DNA of 57,553 bases. Source: SAR324 cluster bacterium. Its GTDB lineage: Bacteria; SAR324; XYD2-FULL-50-16. Shown piece after piece: positions 20,928-31,303 of the stretch. Under the pieces are notes generated by a model. The model was not told the origin of the DNA and did no database searches. It worked only from the letters and a program-made list of their open reading frames with translations. The stretch lies in contig JANQLH010000101.1 of NCBI GenBank assembly GCA_028280735.1, positions 1-57,553 of the forward strand, read 5' to 3'. How positions within the stretch are numbered: position 1 is the stretch's first letter; every line of letters starts with the position of its first letter. Made by a program: the position numbers and the translations under genes.

Positions 20928-21758
20928 ATGAAAATATCGGAATGGACAAAATGGGACGGATCACGTCAACTGCTAATGGCAGGAAACTGCGTACTTGAAA
21001 ACAAAGCCATTGCTTTCAAGACTATCGATTATTTAAAAAAACTGGCGAACAGTTTGGATGTAGATTTCATATTTAAAGCCAGTTATAAAAAAGACAATCG
21101 CTCATCTGATCAGTATTTTTCAGGATTGCCTTTGGATGAAGCATTAAGAATATTCGAAGATGCAAAAAAAGAATTTGATATAGCCGTTGTTTCGGATGTC
21201 CATTACCCGACGGAATTGGAAGCCGGTGTTGCGGAAGTTATGGATGTGCTTCAGGTTCCGGCATATCTGGCCATGCAAACTGAGTTGGTACAAGCCATTG
21301 CCAGGGTGGGGAAACCTGTTAATGTCAAAAAGGCACAATTCCTGGCTCCCGAAGGGATGGCGAAGGTTTGTAAGAAAATAGAATCGGTTGGCAATCAATC
21401 AATTATTTTAACAGAACGAGGAACATGTTTTGGGTACCAGGATTTAGTCGTGGATCCTCGGTCTTTTCAGATCATGAAAGGGCTGGGTTATCCCGTTATA
21501 TTTGATGCCGGGCATTCGATTCGACGGTATGGAATTCCAAGTGCTGATCCATCCGGCGGTAGTAAACACTTTCTTAAAACCTTAATGTCAGCGAGCGCGG
21601 CTACAAATCTTGCCGGATTGTTTATTGAAGTGCATCCTGATCCCAAAAATGCACTTTGTGATGCCGCAAGTCAGCTCAGTTTTGACGAAGCCGGTCGCCT
21701 GATTACCAGATATTTTGACATTGCTAAGTTCGTTAAAGAATTGGCAAACGAGATTTAA
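20928..21758 (+). CDS. kdsA: 3-deoxy-8-phosphooctulonate synthase (KdsA family)
   Basis: GNCVLE, FKASYKKDNRSS, NVKKAQFLAP, LTERG..FGY..LVVD, FIEVHPDP..ALCD. Confidence 0.85.
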   Translation: MKISEWTKWDGSRQLLMAGNCVLENKAIAFKTIDYLKKLANSLDVDFIFKASYKKDNRSSDQYFSGLPLDEALRIFEDAKKEFDIAVVSDVHYPTELEAGVAEVMDVLQVPAYLAMQTELVQAIARVGKPVNVKKAQFLAPEGMAKVCKKIESVGNQSIILTERGTCFGYQDLVVDPRSFQIMKGLGYPVIFDAGHSIRRYGIPSADPSGGSKHFLKTLMSASAATNLAGLFIEVHPDPKNALCDAASQLSFDEAGRLITRYFDIAKFVKELANEI

Positions 21759-21866
21759 TTCGAATCCAGTCAACGCATTCACTTCAATTCAGACACTTCC
21801 CTTTCAATATTGCCATGTAATGCACAAGTTCTTCGCAATTCACATGGCACTAACAAGTAACAGAAC

Positions 21867-22700
21867 ATGTTCAATACTATCGGTATAATCGGTGGGACTG
21901 GTCAGATGGGCCGTATGTTCCGACGCTATTTTAATACATTGGGAATCGAAGTGTTGGTTTCTGATGAAAAGAGCCTTTCTTTTGAAAAAGAACTGGTGGA
22001 AAGGAGTGAACTGGTTATTGTAAGCGTTCCGATTGAGCACAATGAAACCGTTATCCGAAGAGTCGGGCCGATGCTTGGCAGGCATCAATTATTCTCCGAT
22101 TTTTGCTCGGTAAAAAGCAAAATCGTACCGGAAATGCTGAAATCCGATGCCTGTGTTATCTCTTCTCATCCCATGTTTGGTCCTTTACCCGACATAACCA
22201 AACAAAATATTGTTTTGTTACCTGTCCGTCCCGGGAAGTTCCTTGCCAAATACCAAAGATTGTACCAAGACTTGTCCCTTAATGCGGTGGTTGTTTCCGA
22301 TTGGAAAAAGCATGATGAATCGATGAGCTTTATCCAGGGACTTATGCACTTTTTTCATATTGTCTTCACACAGACTATGCGCTCAAAAGATGTAGACCTG
22401 GATACACTGCTTTCCATTTGCAGTCCGGTCTACCAGGCCAATTTCGCTTTTACCTGTAGAATTTTGCAACGTGATCCACAGCTGTACACACATATTTTAA
22501 TGGACAACCCGGAAAACATTTCAGTTTTAAATCAGTTCGTTAAACAAGCTTCGGAAAGTATAAAACTGCTGCAAAAAAAAGATGAAGATGCTTTTGTAAA
22601 ACAGTTTCTTGCGAATAGAGAGTTCTTGGGTGAACATGGCGCCGAATTCAGCAGTCAAAGTGATTTTCTGGTGGAAAAACTAAAACAATTTGAGGAGTGA
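21867..22700 (+). CDS. tyrA: Prephenate/arogenate dehydrogenase
   Basis: IGIIGGTGQMG Rossmann motif, DFCSVK, HPMFGP, HDESMSFIQGLMH. Confidence 0.88.
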   Translation: MFNTIGIIGGTGQMGRMFRRYFNTLGIEVLVSDEKSLSFEKELVERSELVIVSVPIEHNETVIRRVGPMLGRHQLFSDFCSVKSKIVPEMLKSDACVISSHPMFGPLPDITKQNIVLLPVRPGKFLAKYQRLYQDLSLNAVVVSDWKKHDESMSFIQGLMHFFHIVFTQTMRSKDVDLDTLLSICSPVYQANFAFTCRILQRDPQLYTHILMDNPENISVLNQFVKQASESIKLLQKKDEDAFVKQFLANREFLGEHGAEFSSQSDFLVEKLKQFEE

Positions 22701-22950
22701 GCCACACGGGCCGGTCCTTGTTTGAACTCCTCCTTCGTCATAAATCTGTTTTCAGGCTTGATTTTCCGTTCGGATCTGAAAACAATCCTGAAAATCCCGT
22801 CCGGTATTTCTCCAACTGTACTTCCATCAAGGGTGCGCAGCATTGATTCGATTCTAATGCTTGCCATTTATAAAATGACATGGCATACACTGGTATCGTT
22901 TTGTCTGTGGAATTAGTTATCAACCTATTCAAATCATGTAGGAAATCAAT

Positions 22951-23340
22951 ATGAAAAAAGGAGAAAAAGGCCTGAGTCTGATGGAAGTTATGATAACCCT
23001 GATCATTGTCGCAGTGATTGCGGGCTTGGCATATCCCCGCTACCAGAGAATGGTCTCCCGATCCAAGCAAACAGAACCGAAAACTGTGTTACGATCGATC
23101 TATATGGGTCAAGACCTCCACTTTACAATGAATCAGGCTTATACGGGTAATCTTGGTGAGCTTGATGTCCAAGTTCCGGATAATGTGAAGTACTCATATT
23201 CCATCAAGTTGGGAGAAAATGGTATGACGTTTATAGCTACTGCAATCGCCAATATAGATGGTGACCCTATTTTGGACGAATGGCAGATCGATCAGGATAA
23301 CAACCTGGTAAATTCCATCAATGATGTTATTGAGGAGTGA
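22951..23340 (+). CDS. Type IV pilin-like protein
   Basis: Class III signal KG|LSLMEVMITLIIVAVIAGLAYP with Glu at +5. Confidence 0.88.
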   Translation: MKKGEKGLSLMEVMITLIIVAVIAGLAYPRYQRMVSRSKQTEPKTVLRSIYMGQDLHFTMNQAYTGNLGELDVQVPDNVKYSYSIKLGENGMTFIATAIANIDGDPILDEWQIDQDNNLVNSINDVIEE

Positions 23341-23998
23341 GCTAGCTACTAAAACCGATTTTTGTTTGAAGAAATTTTTCCTGAACTATTGATAAGCGTA
23401 ATAAGACGATATCTCCTCAAAATTACGTGATTGACAAGAGTTCATTATCGAGCAGGTCGGCAATTTTACGGCTCGACTGTTGAATTCTATTTGACAGAAT
23501 CGATTCTGAAGAGCTATTTTGCATTGACTGATGAATAAATCATTCGTTCGGAAAGAGCCATGGATGCAACTTGACAAGCATTGGTTGTAATAAGGCTTTA
23601 TAAGGAAAGGCCAGGCTGGCGAATGAGGTGATTCAAAAAAAATGGCAGGCTTACCACGTAGATCCAATACTTTAGAAAGGAGAGTTAGAAAACTAGAGTA
23701 TCAGCTATGGCAGGCCTGCCTTTTTTTTGCGACTCGTAGAAGCCTGTGTTACAGGTCGTTGATGCTTCGTTATAATCGCGTTTATCTATTAATAATTATC
23801 CTCTAATTCGTGTTCTCTAGTATTGATTTCTGACAACCTTGACATCCTATTTTACCAACAGTTCGAAAAAAATACAATAAAAATTGATAAATCTCACATA
23901 TACCAAAATTACCCATTTGAGCCATTTCTCATTTCGACCTCAATTGTCATATCGTAACTTGGCAACTCCTGCTATCGCATAATTCTTTTAGTTCCTGT

Positions 23999-26900
23999 CT
24001 ATCCAACCTCTTGCAATGCTTTGTTGGTCCTATTGTTGTTGAGTACTGAAAACTTGTCACGGCCTGTTTCAATTAGCGAATACAGAACGGGTATAACTAT
24101 CAAAGTGAGAACTGTGGCGATGGTTAGACCGTAAATGACGGCCTGTGCCATCGGTATCCACGTTTGACCTGACTCCGAGCCAAATAATACAATTGGCGAT
24201 CTGGAAAAGTCGATATCAAGCCCGACAGTCACGGGCATGAGTGCGAGAATTGTTGTCATTGCCGTTAGCAAGACAGGTCTTAACCTTAACATACCACTTA
24301 AGATGATGGCTCTTTCTCTTGCTAATCCTTTGGCCCTCAATTGCTGAATTAAGTCGATCAGAACAATGGCATTATTAACCACAACTCCGGCCAGTGATAT
24401 AATTCCAATCCCTCCCATCATGATGCTAAACGGACTGTGGTGTATGATCATTCCCAAAAACACTCCCATCATCGAAAGGAAGACGGATGTTACGATAATA
24501 AATGGTAACGCCAGCGAGTTGAATTGAGTTACCAGAATTAAAAAGATTAAAAAGACCGTCACTAAAAAGCTTTTAGGTAAAAACTCCTCCATCTCCTTTT
24601 GACTGGTGTTGGCTCCTGAATACTTCAAAGAAAATCCTTCCGGTATAACAAAATCTTTTAACTCTTCTTGCACAGCTGATAAGACATCCGATCCGGATTT
24701 TCCTTCTGCATCTCCCGAAACGGTTATAACGCGATCGGTGTCAATGTGTCTGATGGACCCCAGGGCTTTGGCATTGGTTACCATTGCGATTTCTCCCAGG
24801 TTGACGGACTGTCCTTCCGGTGTTTTGATGTATAACGACTCCAAGCTGTTTATTGATTTTCGGTGCTTTTCATCCAGTCGAACGACAATGTCATACTCCT
24901 CTTTTCCCTCTCGATAAGTGGAGACGATTTTCCCATTAAACGCAGTACGCAGCAGTCCGGCGACGGAAGCTGTACGCAAACCCAATCGAGCTGTTTTTTC
25001 CCTGTCGATTAAAACCTGAATTTCGGAACGGTTGGAGATAAAGTTGTCGTCCAGATTGACCAGACCTTCCACATCCTTTATTTTGCTTTGAATACTCAGG
25101 GAAAGCTTCTTCATTTCAACTAAATCTTCTCCCCGTATTTCGATGTTTACGGGCTTTCCCGTAGGAGGTCCGTGTTCCGCTTTGGTAATCTTAAAAACTG
25201 CACCGGAAAACTCTGCTATTTTTTCCCGAATACTAATAATATGGTCGGATGGTAATGAAGTTCTCTCCTGCCAATTTGGAAAATTGACCTGCACGTGACT
25301 CATGTGAGTAGTTTTCCCTGTGGTTACCATCGAACCGGCTGCCTGGCCAATGTTGGCTATCACAGAAGTAGTTTCATCGTAATAGCTCTCGGTGACTTTT
25401 TCGACTTTTCTGGTTAACTCGTCCGATTTCTCCAGATTAGTTCCAAGTGGTGCTTCAACGTGAATTATTGCATATTCGGGTTCTGAAACAGGAAAGAATT
25501 CCGTTCCGGCTGACGGGCTGATAACCTTGCTGTAATACTGGAAAAGAAATATCCAGGTACCAAAAACCAAAAACACAACCACCAAACGATGAGCAAGTGC
25601 CCATTGCAAAGCTTTACGATATATTCCAAGAACCTTACTACTCTCGGCAATTGAGATTTCATCATTGGATTTTATCTTTTTCGGATTTTTCATGAACACC
25701 GAACACAAAACCGGATTGATTATCAGGCCCACAAATAACGATGCGGAAAGGGTAATAATCAACATTTTGGGCATATAGCTCATAAAATCACCCATAATGC
25801 CCGGCATAAACAGCAGTGGAAAAAAAGCGGCCAAGGTGGTTAAGGTCGAGGTTGATACGGGTATGGCGACTTCACCGACACCCAGTTTTGCGGCAGTTTT
25901 GGGCGGATGCCCCAGTTCCAAATGTCGATAGATATTCTCAACAATTACAATCGCATTATCCACCAGCATTCCCAGTGCCATGATAAGCGAAAATAGTACG
26001 ATCATATTTAAGGTAATCCCAAGGGACTGAATGATCAGAAAACTAAGCAACATGGAAAAGGGAATCGCGGCAGCCACAAAAACAGAGTTTCTGAACCCTA
26101 AAATAAAAATCAAAACTAGCAACACGGAAACCAGACCGGAGTACATGTTGTTTTCCAGGTCTCGGATAAACATTTTCACGGTGTCACTATGATCGCTCAG
26201 GATTGTGTATTTTATAGTGTTGGCGTTTTGTATTTTGGCTTTTTCTAAGATTCGTTTAATCTCTTCAGTAATTTCCAACAGATTTTCACCGGAGCGCTTG
26301 GAAACAGAAAGGGATACCGATTCTGTTTTATTCAGACGAGAACGGGTTGCGACTTCCTGAAAACTAAACTGGGTCTTGGCCACATCCCTGGTGAATACAG
26401 GAACCTGGCCCGGAGCCGTAATGATCATGTCATCGATTCGTTCCGGCTTATCAATTTCACCGGGAATCCGGACCATGTATTTCAAAGGACCGATCTCGAT
26501 GTTTCCGGCAGGTGTGTTGGTGTTTTCGTAAGCAATAGCATTGGATACCTGGTTTAGATCCAGGTTGTAGTATCTCAATTTATCGGGGTCAACGTTCACC
26601 TGAACTTCCCGATCCAATCCGCCAGCCCTTTTTACTTCCAAAATCCCTGGTATGCCTTCAATATCTTCTTTGAGATCTTCAGCAGCTTCTTTCAAGGCAT
26701 GAAGACCGATAGTTCCGGAGAGGTTGATAATAATGATTGGAAAATCAGCAGTATTGATTTCCGTAATTATCGGATCTTCTGTGTCATCAGGCAATTCAGG
26801 CGTAACACGATCCAGGGCTTCTCGTACTTCAATCTTTGCTTCATCGATATCGGCACCAAGTTCGTATTCCAACGCCACCATGGCTGCACCTTCAGTGGAT

Positions 26901-27205
26901 GTGGAAGAAATCTCCTTCAGATCATCCAGGTTTTGCATCTCGGATTCCAGCTTGTTCACGATCAGCGATTCCACATCCTCCGGAGAGGAGCCCGGGTATG
27001 GAATAGTAACAATCAGGTACGGAATCTGAACTTCCGGAAATGCCTCTCGCGGAAGCCCTCGATAAGCAATGAGCCCCATTATGAAGATCAGGATCATCAA
27101 AATGAATATCGAAGAAGGTCTTTTAATGGCTGTATTACTAAGCAAAAAACCCTTTTCCTGCCCGTTTGCTGTCTCTTGATTTGAATTAGTTTGGGATGAT
27201 TGCAT
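23999..27205 (-). CDS. RND efflux permease (AcrB/AcrD/AcrF family)
   Basis: YPGSSPEDVE, GMLVDNAIVIVENIYR, GVVVNNAIVLID, RLRPVLLTAMTT. Confidence 0.95.
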   Translation of the reverse strand: MQSSQTNSNQETANGQEKGFLLSNTAIKRPSSIFILMILIFIMGLIAYRGLPREAFPEVQIPYLIVTIPYPGSSPEDVESLIVNKLESEMQNLDDLKEISSTSTEGAAMVALEYELGADIDEAKIEVREALDRVTPELPDDTEDPIITEINTADFPIIIINLSGTIGLHALKEAAEDLKEDIEGIPGILEVKRAGGLDREVQVNVDPDKLRYYNLDLNQVSNAIAYENTNTPAGNIEIGPLKYMVRIPGEIDKPERIDDMIITAPGQVPVFTRDVAKTQFSFQEVATRSRLNKTESVSLSVSKRSGENLLEITEEIKRILEKAKIQNANTIKYTILSDHSDTVKMFIRDLENNMYSGLVSVLLVLIFILGFRNSVFVAAAIPFSMLLSFLIIQSLGITLNMIVLFSLIMALGMLVDNAIVIVENIYRHLELGHPPKTAAKLGVGEVAIPVSTSTLTTLAAFFPLLFMPGIMGDFMSYMPKMLIITLSASLFVGLIINPVLCSVFMKNPKKIKSNDEISIAESSKVLGIYRKALQWALAHRLVVVFLVFGTWIFLFQYYSKVISPSAGTEFFPVSEPEYAIIHVEAPLGTNLEKSDELTRKVEKVTESYYDETTSVIANIGQAAGSMVTTGKTTHMSHVQVNFPNWQERTSLPSDHIISIREKIAEFSGAVFKITKAEHGPPTGKPVNIEIRGEDLVEMKKLSLSIQSKIKDVEGLVNLDDNFISNRSEIQVLIDREKTARLGLRTASVAGLLRTAFNGKIVSTYREGKEEYDIVVRLDEKHRKSINSLESLYIKTPEGQSVNLGEIAMVTNAKALGSIRHIDTDRVITVSGDAEGKSGSDVLSAVQEELKDFVIPEGFSLKYSGANTSQKEMEEFLPKSFLVTVFLIFLILVTQFNSLALPFIIVTSVFLSMMGVFLGMIIHHSPFSIMMGGIGIISLAGVVVNNAIVLIDLIQQLRAKGLARERAIILSGMLRLRPVLLTAMTTILALMPVTVGLDIDFSRSPIVLFGSESGQTWIPMAQAVIYGLTIATVLTLIVIPVLYSLIETGRDKFSVLNNNRTNKALQEVG

Positions 27206-27255
27206 AACAGATGATTGTATTGCTATCTCTTTGATATGTTATTGATTACTTGAGC

Positions 27256-28311
27256 TTATTTTTGTTTGCTCAGAGAAATCACTTCTACTTTTTCGTTGGG
27301 AGAAACAAGCTGCTGGCCGGTTTCCACAAGCACATCTCCGACCCGGAGTCCATCCAATATCTGAACCTCCTTGTCTAGGCTCAACCCTATAGCTACATGC
27401 CTCTTCTCTATTGCGCTGTTTTTCACCAAGTAAACAAAACTTCCTTTCTCTTCTTCCTGAATGGCATGACGAGGAATTAAGATTTGGTTTTCCAGATGAA
27501 TCTTTAGCAGTCTCGCCCTGACAAGCATTCCCGGCAGTAGCTTCTGATCTGTATTATCGATTTCAACTTCGACTTCAAAGGAACGACTCCTCATATCAGC
27601 TTCCAGAGCCCTGGTAGTCACCTTTCCCGGGAATACTTCCCCGGGTAATGCATCTATGGTTATACCAACGTCCTTGCCCAGTTCAATATATTGGATTTCC
27701 CTCTCCGGAATATTTATAAGGGCCAAAACTTTAGAAATATCTAATACTTCCAAAAGTTTGTCACCGACACGTACATACTCGCCCATTTCAATGGTCGGAT
27801 TGCTGACAAGACCTTTGATAGGTGTTTTAATACGGGACTTTACGAGATCCAGTTCGGATAACTGCAGTCGCAGCCGATTAACTTCCATTTTGTTTTTCAA
27901 TTCGGCAACCTTAGCCGGAGTTGAAAGTTTTTTACTCAACAATTTGGCCTCGCGATTGTAATCTTTCAAGGCCAACTCGTAGTTGGATTTGTTTAATTGA
28001 TTGTTCAGTAATTGCCTCTTGGTATCGATCTGAACCATAATTTCCCCCTCGGTTACCCGGGAGCCTTGATCAACATTTAAAACCTCTATCACCCCGGCAA
28101 TTTCGCTACTGATGCTGACCTTGGTAATCGGTTTCAAATGACCAACATAGCTCGAGTAGTTTTTTAAAGACCTGGGTGAAAGCTGCAATGCTTCAATCTT
28201 AGTTCTAATCGTTTGGGATTGGTCGCCGGCAAAAACTTGATGAACGGGGATAACCAGACAAAAAATGGTTAACATCACGCAGATGGTGCGAGACTGCAAG
28301 ATTACCTTCAT
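27256..28311 (-). CDS. RND efflux periplasmic adaptor (membrane fusion protein)
   Basis: ISSEIAGVI..V..G..V, IKTPIKG, LLPGMLVR; lies between permease and TolC genes. Confidence 0.92.
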   Translation of the reverse strand: MKVILQSRTICVMLTIFCLVIPVHQVFAGDQSQTIRTKIEALQLSPRSLKNYSSYVGHLKPITKVSISSEIAGVIEVLNVDQGSRVTEGEIMVQIDTKRQLLNNQLNKSNYELALKDYNREAKLLSKKLSTPAKVAELKNKMEVNRLRLQLSELDLVKSRIKTPIKGLVSNPTIEMGEYVRVGDKLLEVLDISKVLALINIPEREIQYIELGKDVGITIDALPGEVFPGKVTTRALEADMRSRSFEVEVEIDNTDQKLLPGMLVRARLLKIHLENQILIPRHAIQEEEKGSFVYLVKNSAIEKRHVAIGLSLDKEVQILDGLRVGDVLVETGQQLVSPNEKVEVISLSKQK

Positions 28312-28375
28312 AACAATTCTACAATTTTAAATACTCGGTATAATTAAATGTAAATTCGAGGATATTATTCCTCGA

Positions 28376-30034
28376 CTATTCCACACGCGGTAGTGAATAT
28401 TCGGTGAAAATCTTACCAGTGACTATCAGAAGCTCCAGGTACGATTTTTCGTAATTTACCTCTGAGATGGTTTGGTTTTTTTGAGCATCAGTCAGATCCT
28501 GTTGTGCCTGTGAGACACGAAAACTGGTGCTGTTGCCAAGGTTAAATTTCTCAGTTTCTTTTTCCAGTAGATCCCTGGCTAGTTCCACACTGGTTGTAGC
28601 CAGTTTGATTCCCTGTTCAGCCAATTTCAGGTTCCTGATTATCGATTGTAAAGTGACTTTTAATTGAGCCTTTAAATCACTGATTTGAAGCAACAGCTTG
28701 GAGTTCTCCAGATTCCTCTGCTTGATTTCTTTAGGTGTTTGTTTATCAAACAAGGGAATATTCCATGTTAGCCCGACCTGATAATCATTATAACCAGATT
28801 CTCCAAGGGACGAGGCTGCGTCTGCCACCGACTTTCCATATCCGTTTAACTGGTATTCAACACTGAAATCCAGATCGGTTTTCGCTTTATTCCGAGCTTC
28901 TTTTAGCTGGATGCCGTTCAACTTGAGCTGCGACTGCAACAACGCTAGATCCTGGCTGTTTTCATAAACCTGTTTTAAAAGACCGTCAAAATCGAAAACC
29001 TGTTTCCTCCGGACCAGTTTTTCCGTGGCACGATAACCATAAGGCAGATCCTGCAGATTTAAGGCAACCTTGATCTGATCTTCTATCTGCTTTTTATTGA
29101 AATTTTCTGCAAGCAAACTTTGTTGAACCGTCAGCAATTGACTTTCTCCCTGTTTTACTTCAATAGGATCGAGTACTCCCAATTCCATTTTGATTTTAGT
29201 ATCGCTGACAAATTGGCGCGAAAGGGCTTCGGACGCTTGCAGGGAAATAATATTCTTTTCGACTCCAACCAAATCCCAATAAATTCCTGCGACAACTTTC
29301 AACAGTTCCAAAATTGTTTTATGGGATTGCTGCCTCGCTGTCTCCAGGCCAATAAAGCTTTTATACTCAGGTGCTTTGTTGATATCCCCCCAATCCTGGA
29401 ATATCGGGATTGAAACAGAAGCCGTGACCTGGTCTGAATAAAGCGGGTCATCTGACTTGTCCCAACCACTGAAATCATCGTCTTCTTCAACCTTTTCCCC
29501 GGTACTGGTCTGGGAAGACGCCTTGGTATAACCAACACTGTAGGAAATACCACTGGTCGTTTTTTTACTCCAGGTTGCCGAGAGCGAACTCGTATCCTGT
29601 GCCTGTAAACTCAAAAAAGAAGCAGGAGCGGAAGCATTAAAAGGATTGGTGACACTACCGGAGATGTTGGTTCCTGTCGGTGTCAGGGATCTTTGTACTC
29701 CTGCGGATGTCGACAGGGAAGGATTGTACAACTCTTTGGCCGCCAGATAGTTTTCCGCTGCTATTTCCCGATCGATGGCCAAAATGTCGATTGTCGTCGC
29801 TCTTTCCAACGCCAGGGTCAGCAAGGCCTGCATACTCACTTCCACAAGAACCTGGCCGTTTTCAGTCACAAAATTAAACTGTTTCAGCAGCTCCGGGTCC
29901 AACTTGCCTGACTGGGCAAAGACCGTTGATTGGGTTGTGCTAAATGCCAAGATAGCTGTTGTCATTATCAAAACGACAATCTTTTTGAATGGAAACTCAG
30001 GAATGTGCAAGGCCTTTATCTTCATGATTAACAA
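28376..30034 (-). CDS. TolC family outer membrane efflux protein
   Basis: Signal peptide, YWDLV, GLTWNIPLFD, EKFNLGNST; upstream of adaptor and permease genes. Confidence 0.88.
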   Translation of the reverse strand: MLIMKIKALHIPEFPFKKIVVLIMTTAILAFSTTQSTVFAQSGKLDPELLKQFNFVTENGQVLVEVSMQALLTLALERATTIDILAIDREIAAENYLAAKELYNPSLSTSAGVQRSLTPTGTNISGSVTNPFNASAPASFLSLQAQDTSSLSATWSKKTTSGISYSVGYTKASSQTSTGEKVEEDDDFSGWDKSDDPLYSDQVTASVSIPIFQDWGDINKAPEYKSFIGLETARQQSHKTILELLKVVAGIYWDLVGVEKNIISLQASEALSRQFVSDTKIKMELGVLDPIEVKQGESQLLTVQQSLLAENFNKKQIEDQIKVALNLQDLPYGYRATEKLVRRKQVFDFDGLLKQVYENSQDLALLQSQLKLNGIQLKEARNKAKTDLDFSVEYQLNGYGKSVADAASSLGESGYNDYQVGLTWNIPLFDKQTPKEIKQRNLENSKLLLQISDLKAQLKVTLQSIIRNLKLAEQGIKLATTSVELARDLLEKETEKFNLGNSTSFRVSQAQQDLTDAQKNQTISEVNYEKSYLELLIVTGKIFTEYSLPRVE

Positions 30035-30478
30035 ACAGGAGTAATCGGTGATGCCGAAAATGGTTGCGACAATAAATATTCCAGGTATGCGAGTGATCGG
30101 GACAGAAAAAACTTGGTTACACTTAAAATCTGATCATTGATTTATTTATATGTCTAGAGCAGTTAGCAAAAGATATAATAATTTTTGACAAACAGCCGCT
30201 TCCGACCAAAGCTTTACCTTAATTTCTTATAGACCAACATAAAAAGAACCAATCGTTGATAGAGTGCTAAGCATTAAAATCCGAAATTGTTCTCCTTTTT
30301 ACTAGTGCTGACCTTGCGGCTTAATGTAACATGATTTAAATAAGCAAATTGATAAGCTTTTTATCAATGGTTGAGCAATAGCAATGAAATTTAAATTCAT
30401 TCGATTATTTGTTGCTTATTTTAAATTGCCGTTTGAAAAGCTTCCGTAAACCAAAGACTTAACAGCAATCCTTTACCC

Positions 30479-31039
30479 ATGTCACAACGATTGATTATTG
30501 GTATTTCCGGAGCATCCGGAGTCATTTACGGTATTCGGGTTCTGGAAACCCTTAAAAACTACCAGACCATAGAAACCCACCTGGTTATGACTGCTTCGGC
30601 CGAGCATACCATTCAACTGGAAACCGACTATTCTATCGGCAAGGTCAAAAAACTGGCAACCATCTGTCATGATCCGGAAAACATGGCAGCGGCCGTTTCC
30701 AGCGGATCATTTCAAACCATGGGAATGATTGTAATGCCTTGTTCGATAAAAAGCCTGTCCGGGATCGTTAATTGTTTTAACGATAACCTGCTGATTCGAG
30801 CTGCTGATGTAACCCTGAAGGAAAACCGAAAACTGGTGCTTGTTCCACGTGAAACTCCCCTCCATAAAGGCCACCTGGAGTTGATGGTACGATTTGTCGA
30901 CAGAGGCGGTGTACTGGTACCTCCCTTTCCGGCTTTTTATCATGCTCCTCAAACTATCAATGATATTGTGGATCAGACCGTGGGAAAAGTCCTGGACCAA
31001 TTTCAAATAGAACACAACCTGTTTCAACGCTGGAAATGA
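30479..31039 (+). CDS. ubiX: Flavin prenyltransferase UbiX
   Basis: GISGASG, SSGSF, PCSIKSL, RAADVTLKE.RKLVLVPRETP, PAFYH. Confidence 0.95.
   Translation: MSQRLIIGISGASGVIYGIRVLETLKNYQTIETHLVMTASAEHTIQLETDYSIGKVKKLATICHDPENMAAAVSSGSFQTMGMIVMPCSIKSLSGIVNCFNDNLLIRAADVTLKENRKLVLVPRETPLHKGHLELMVRFVDRGGVLVPPFPAFYHAPQTINDIVDQTVGKVLDQFQIEHNLFQRWK
30841..30856. other. Intragenic parS-like site (15/16 match)
   Basis: TGTTCCACGTGAAACT, encoded in the VPRET codons of ubiX. Confidence 0.55.
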
Positions 31040-31098
31040 TCTGATCACTCTCGTCTGCTTGCCGGGTTGAATCGGTAATGTTCATGAGCTGGCTCATT

Positions 31099-31127
31099 TT
31101 GACCGTTGCCCGATTCGTGTATAAAAT
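31099..31127 (+). promoter_or_regulatory. Putative sigma70 promoter upstream of prfC
   Basis: TTGACC-N17-TAAAAT. Confidence 0.45.
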
Positions 31128-31303
31128 CAAAATTAAGGTATTTTTCTTCCCGGGGTTACTCACTTCCCTGCACTCACGAGGCGTGCGCCCGATAGATGCT
31201 AATGCGTTTAACAACGTAAAGAGCGGTGGTTGTAACCTTCAAGTAGGAAATCAAATCCGTAGAATTCAAATAGTATCCCGGAATCACATAATTATAGAAT
31301 TTC

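Noticed and set aside
20928-22700. KdsA-like gene as a DAHP synthase in an aromatic operon with tyrA
   Set aside because: It has the KDO8PS-type KxNRS motif rather than KPR(S/T), and a 108-bp gap separates it from tyrA.
22655-22916. Short ORFs between tyrA and the pilin gene
   Set aside because: No recognisable motifs; they overlap each other and tyrA and are probably spurious.
30262-30270. GAGTGCTAA as a CIRCE element
   Set aside because: Only the right half-site is present; there is no TTAGCACTC 9 nt upstream.
30348-30368. ATTGATAA-N5-TTATCAAT as an FNR box
   Set aside because: The TTGAT-ATCAA spacing is 9 nt, not 4. It may bind another regulator, but it lies in very AT-rich DNA.
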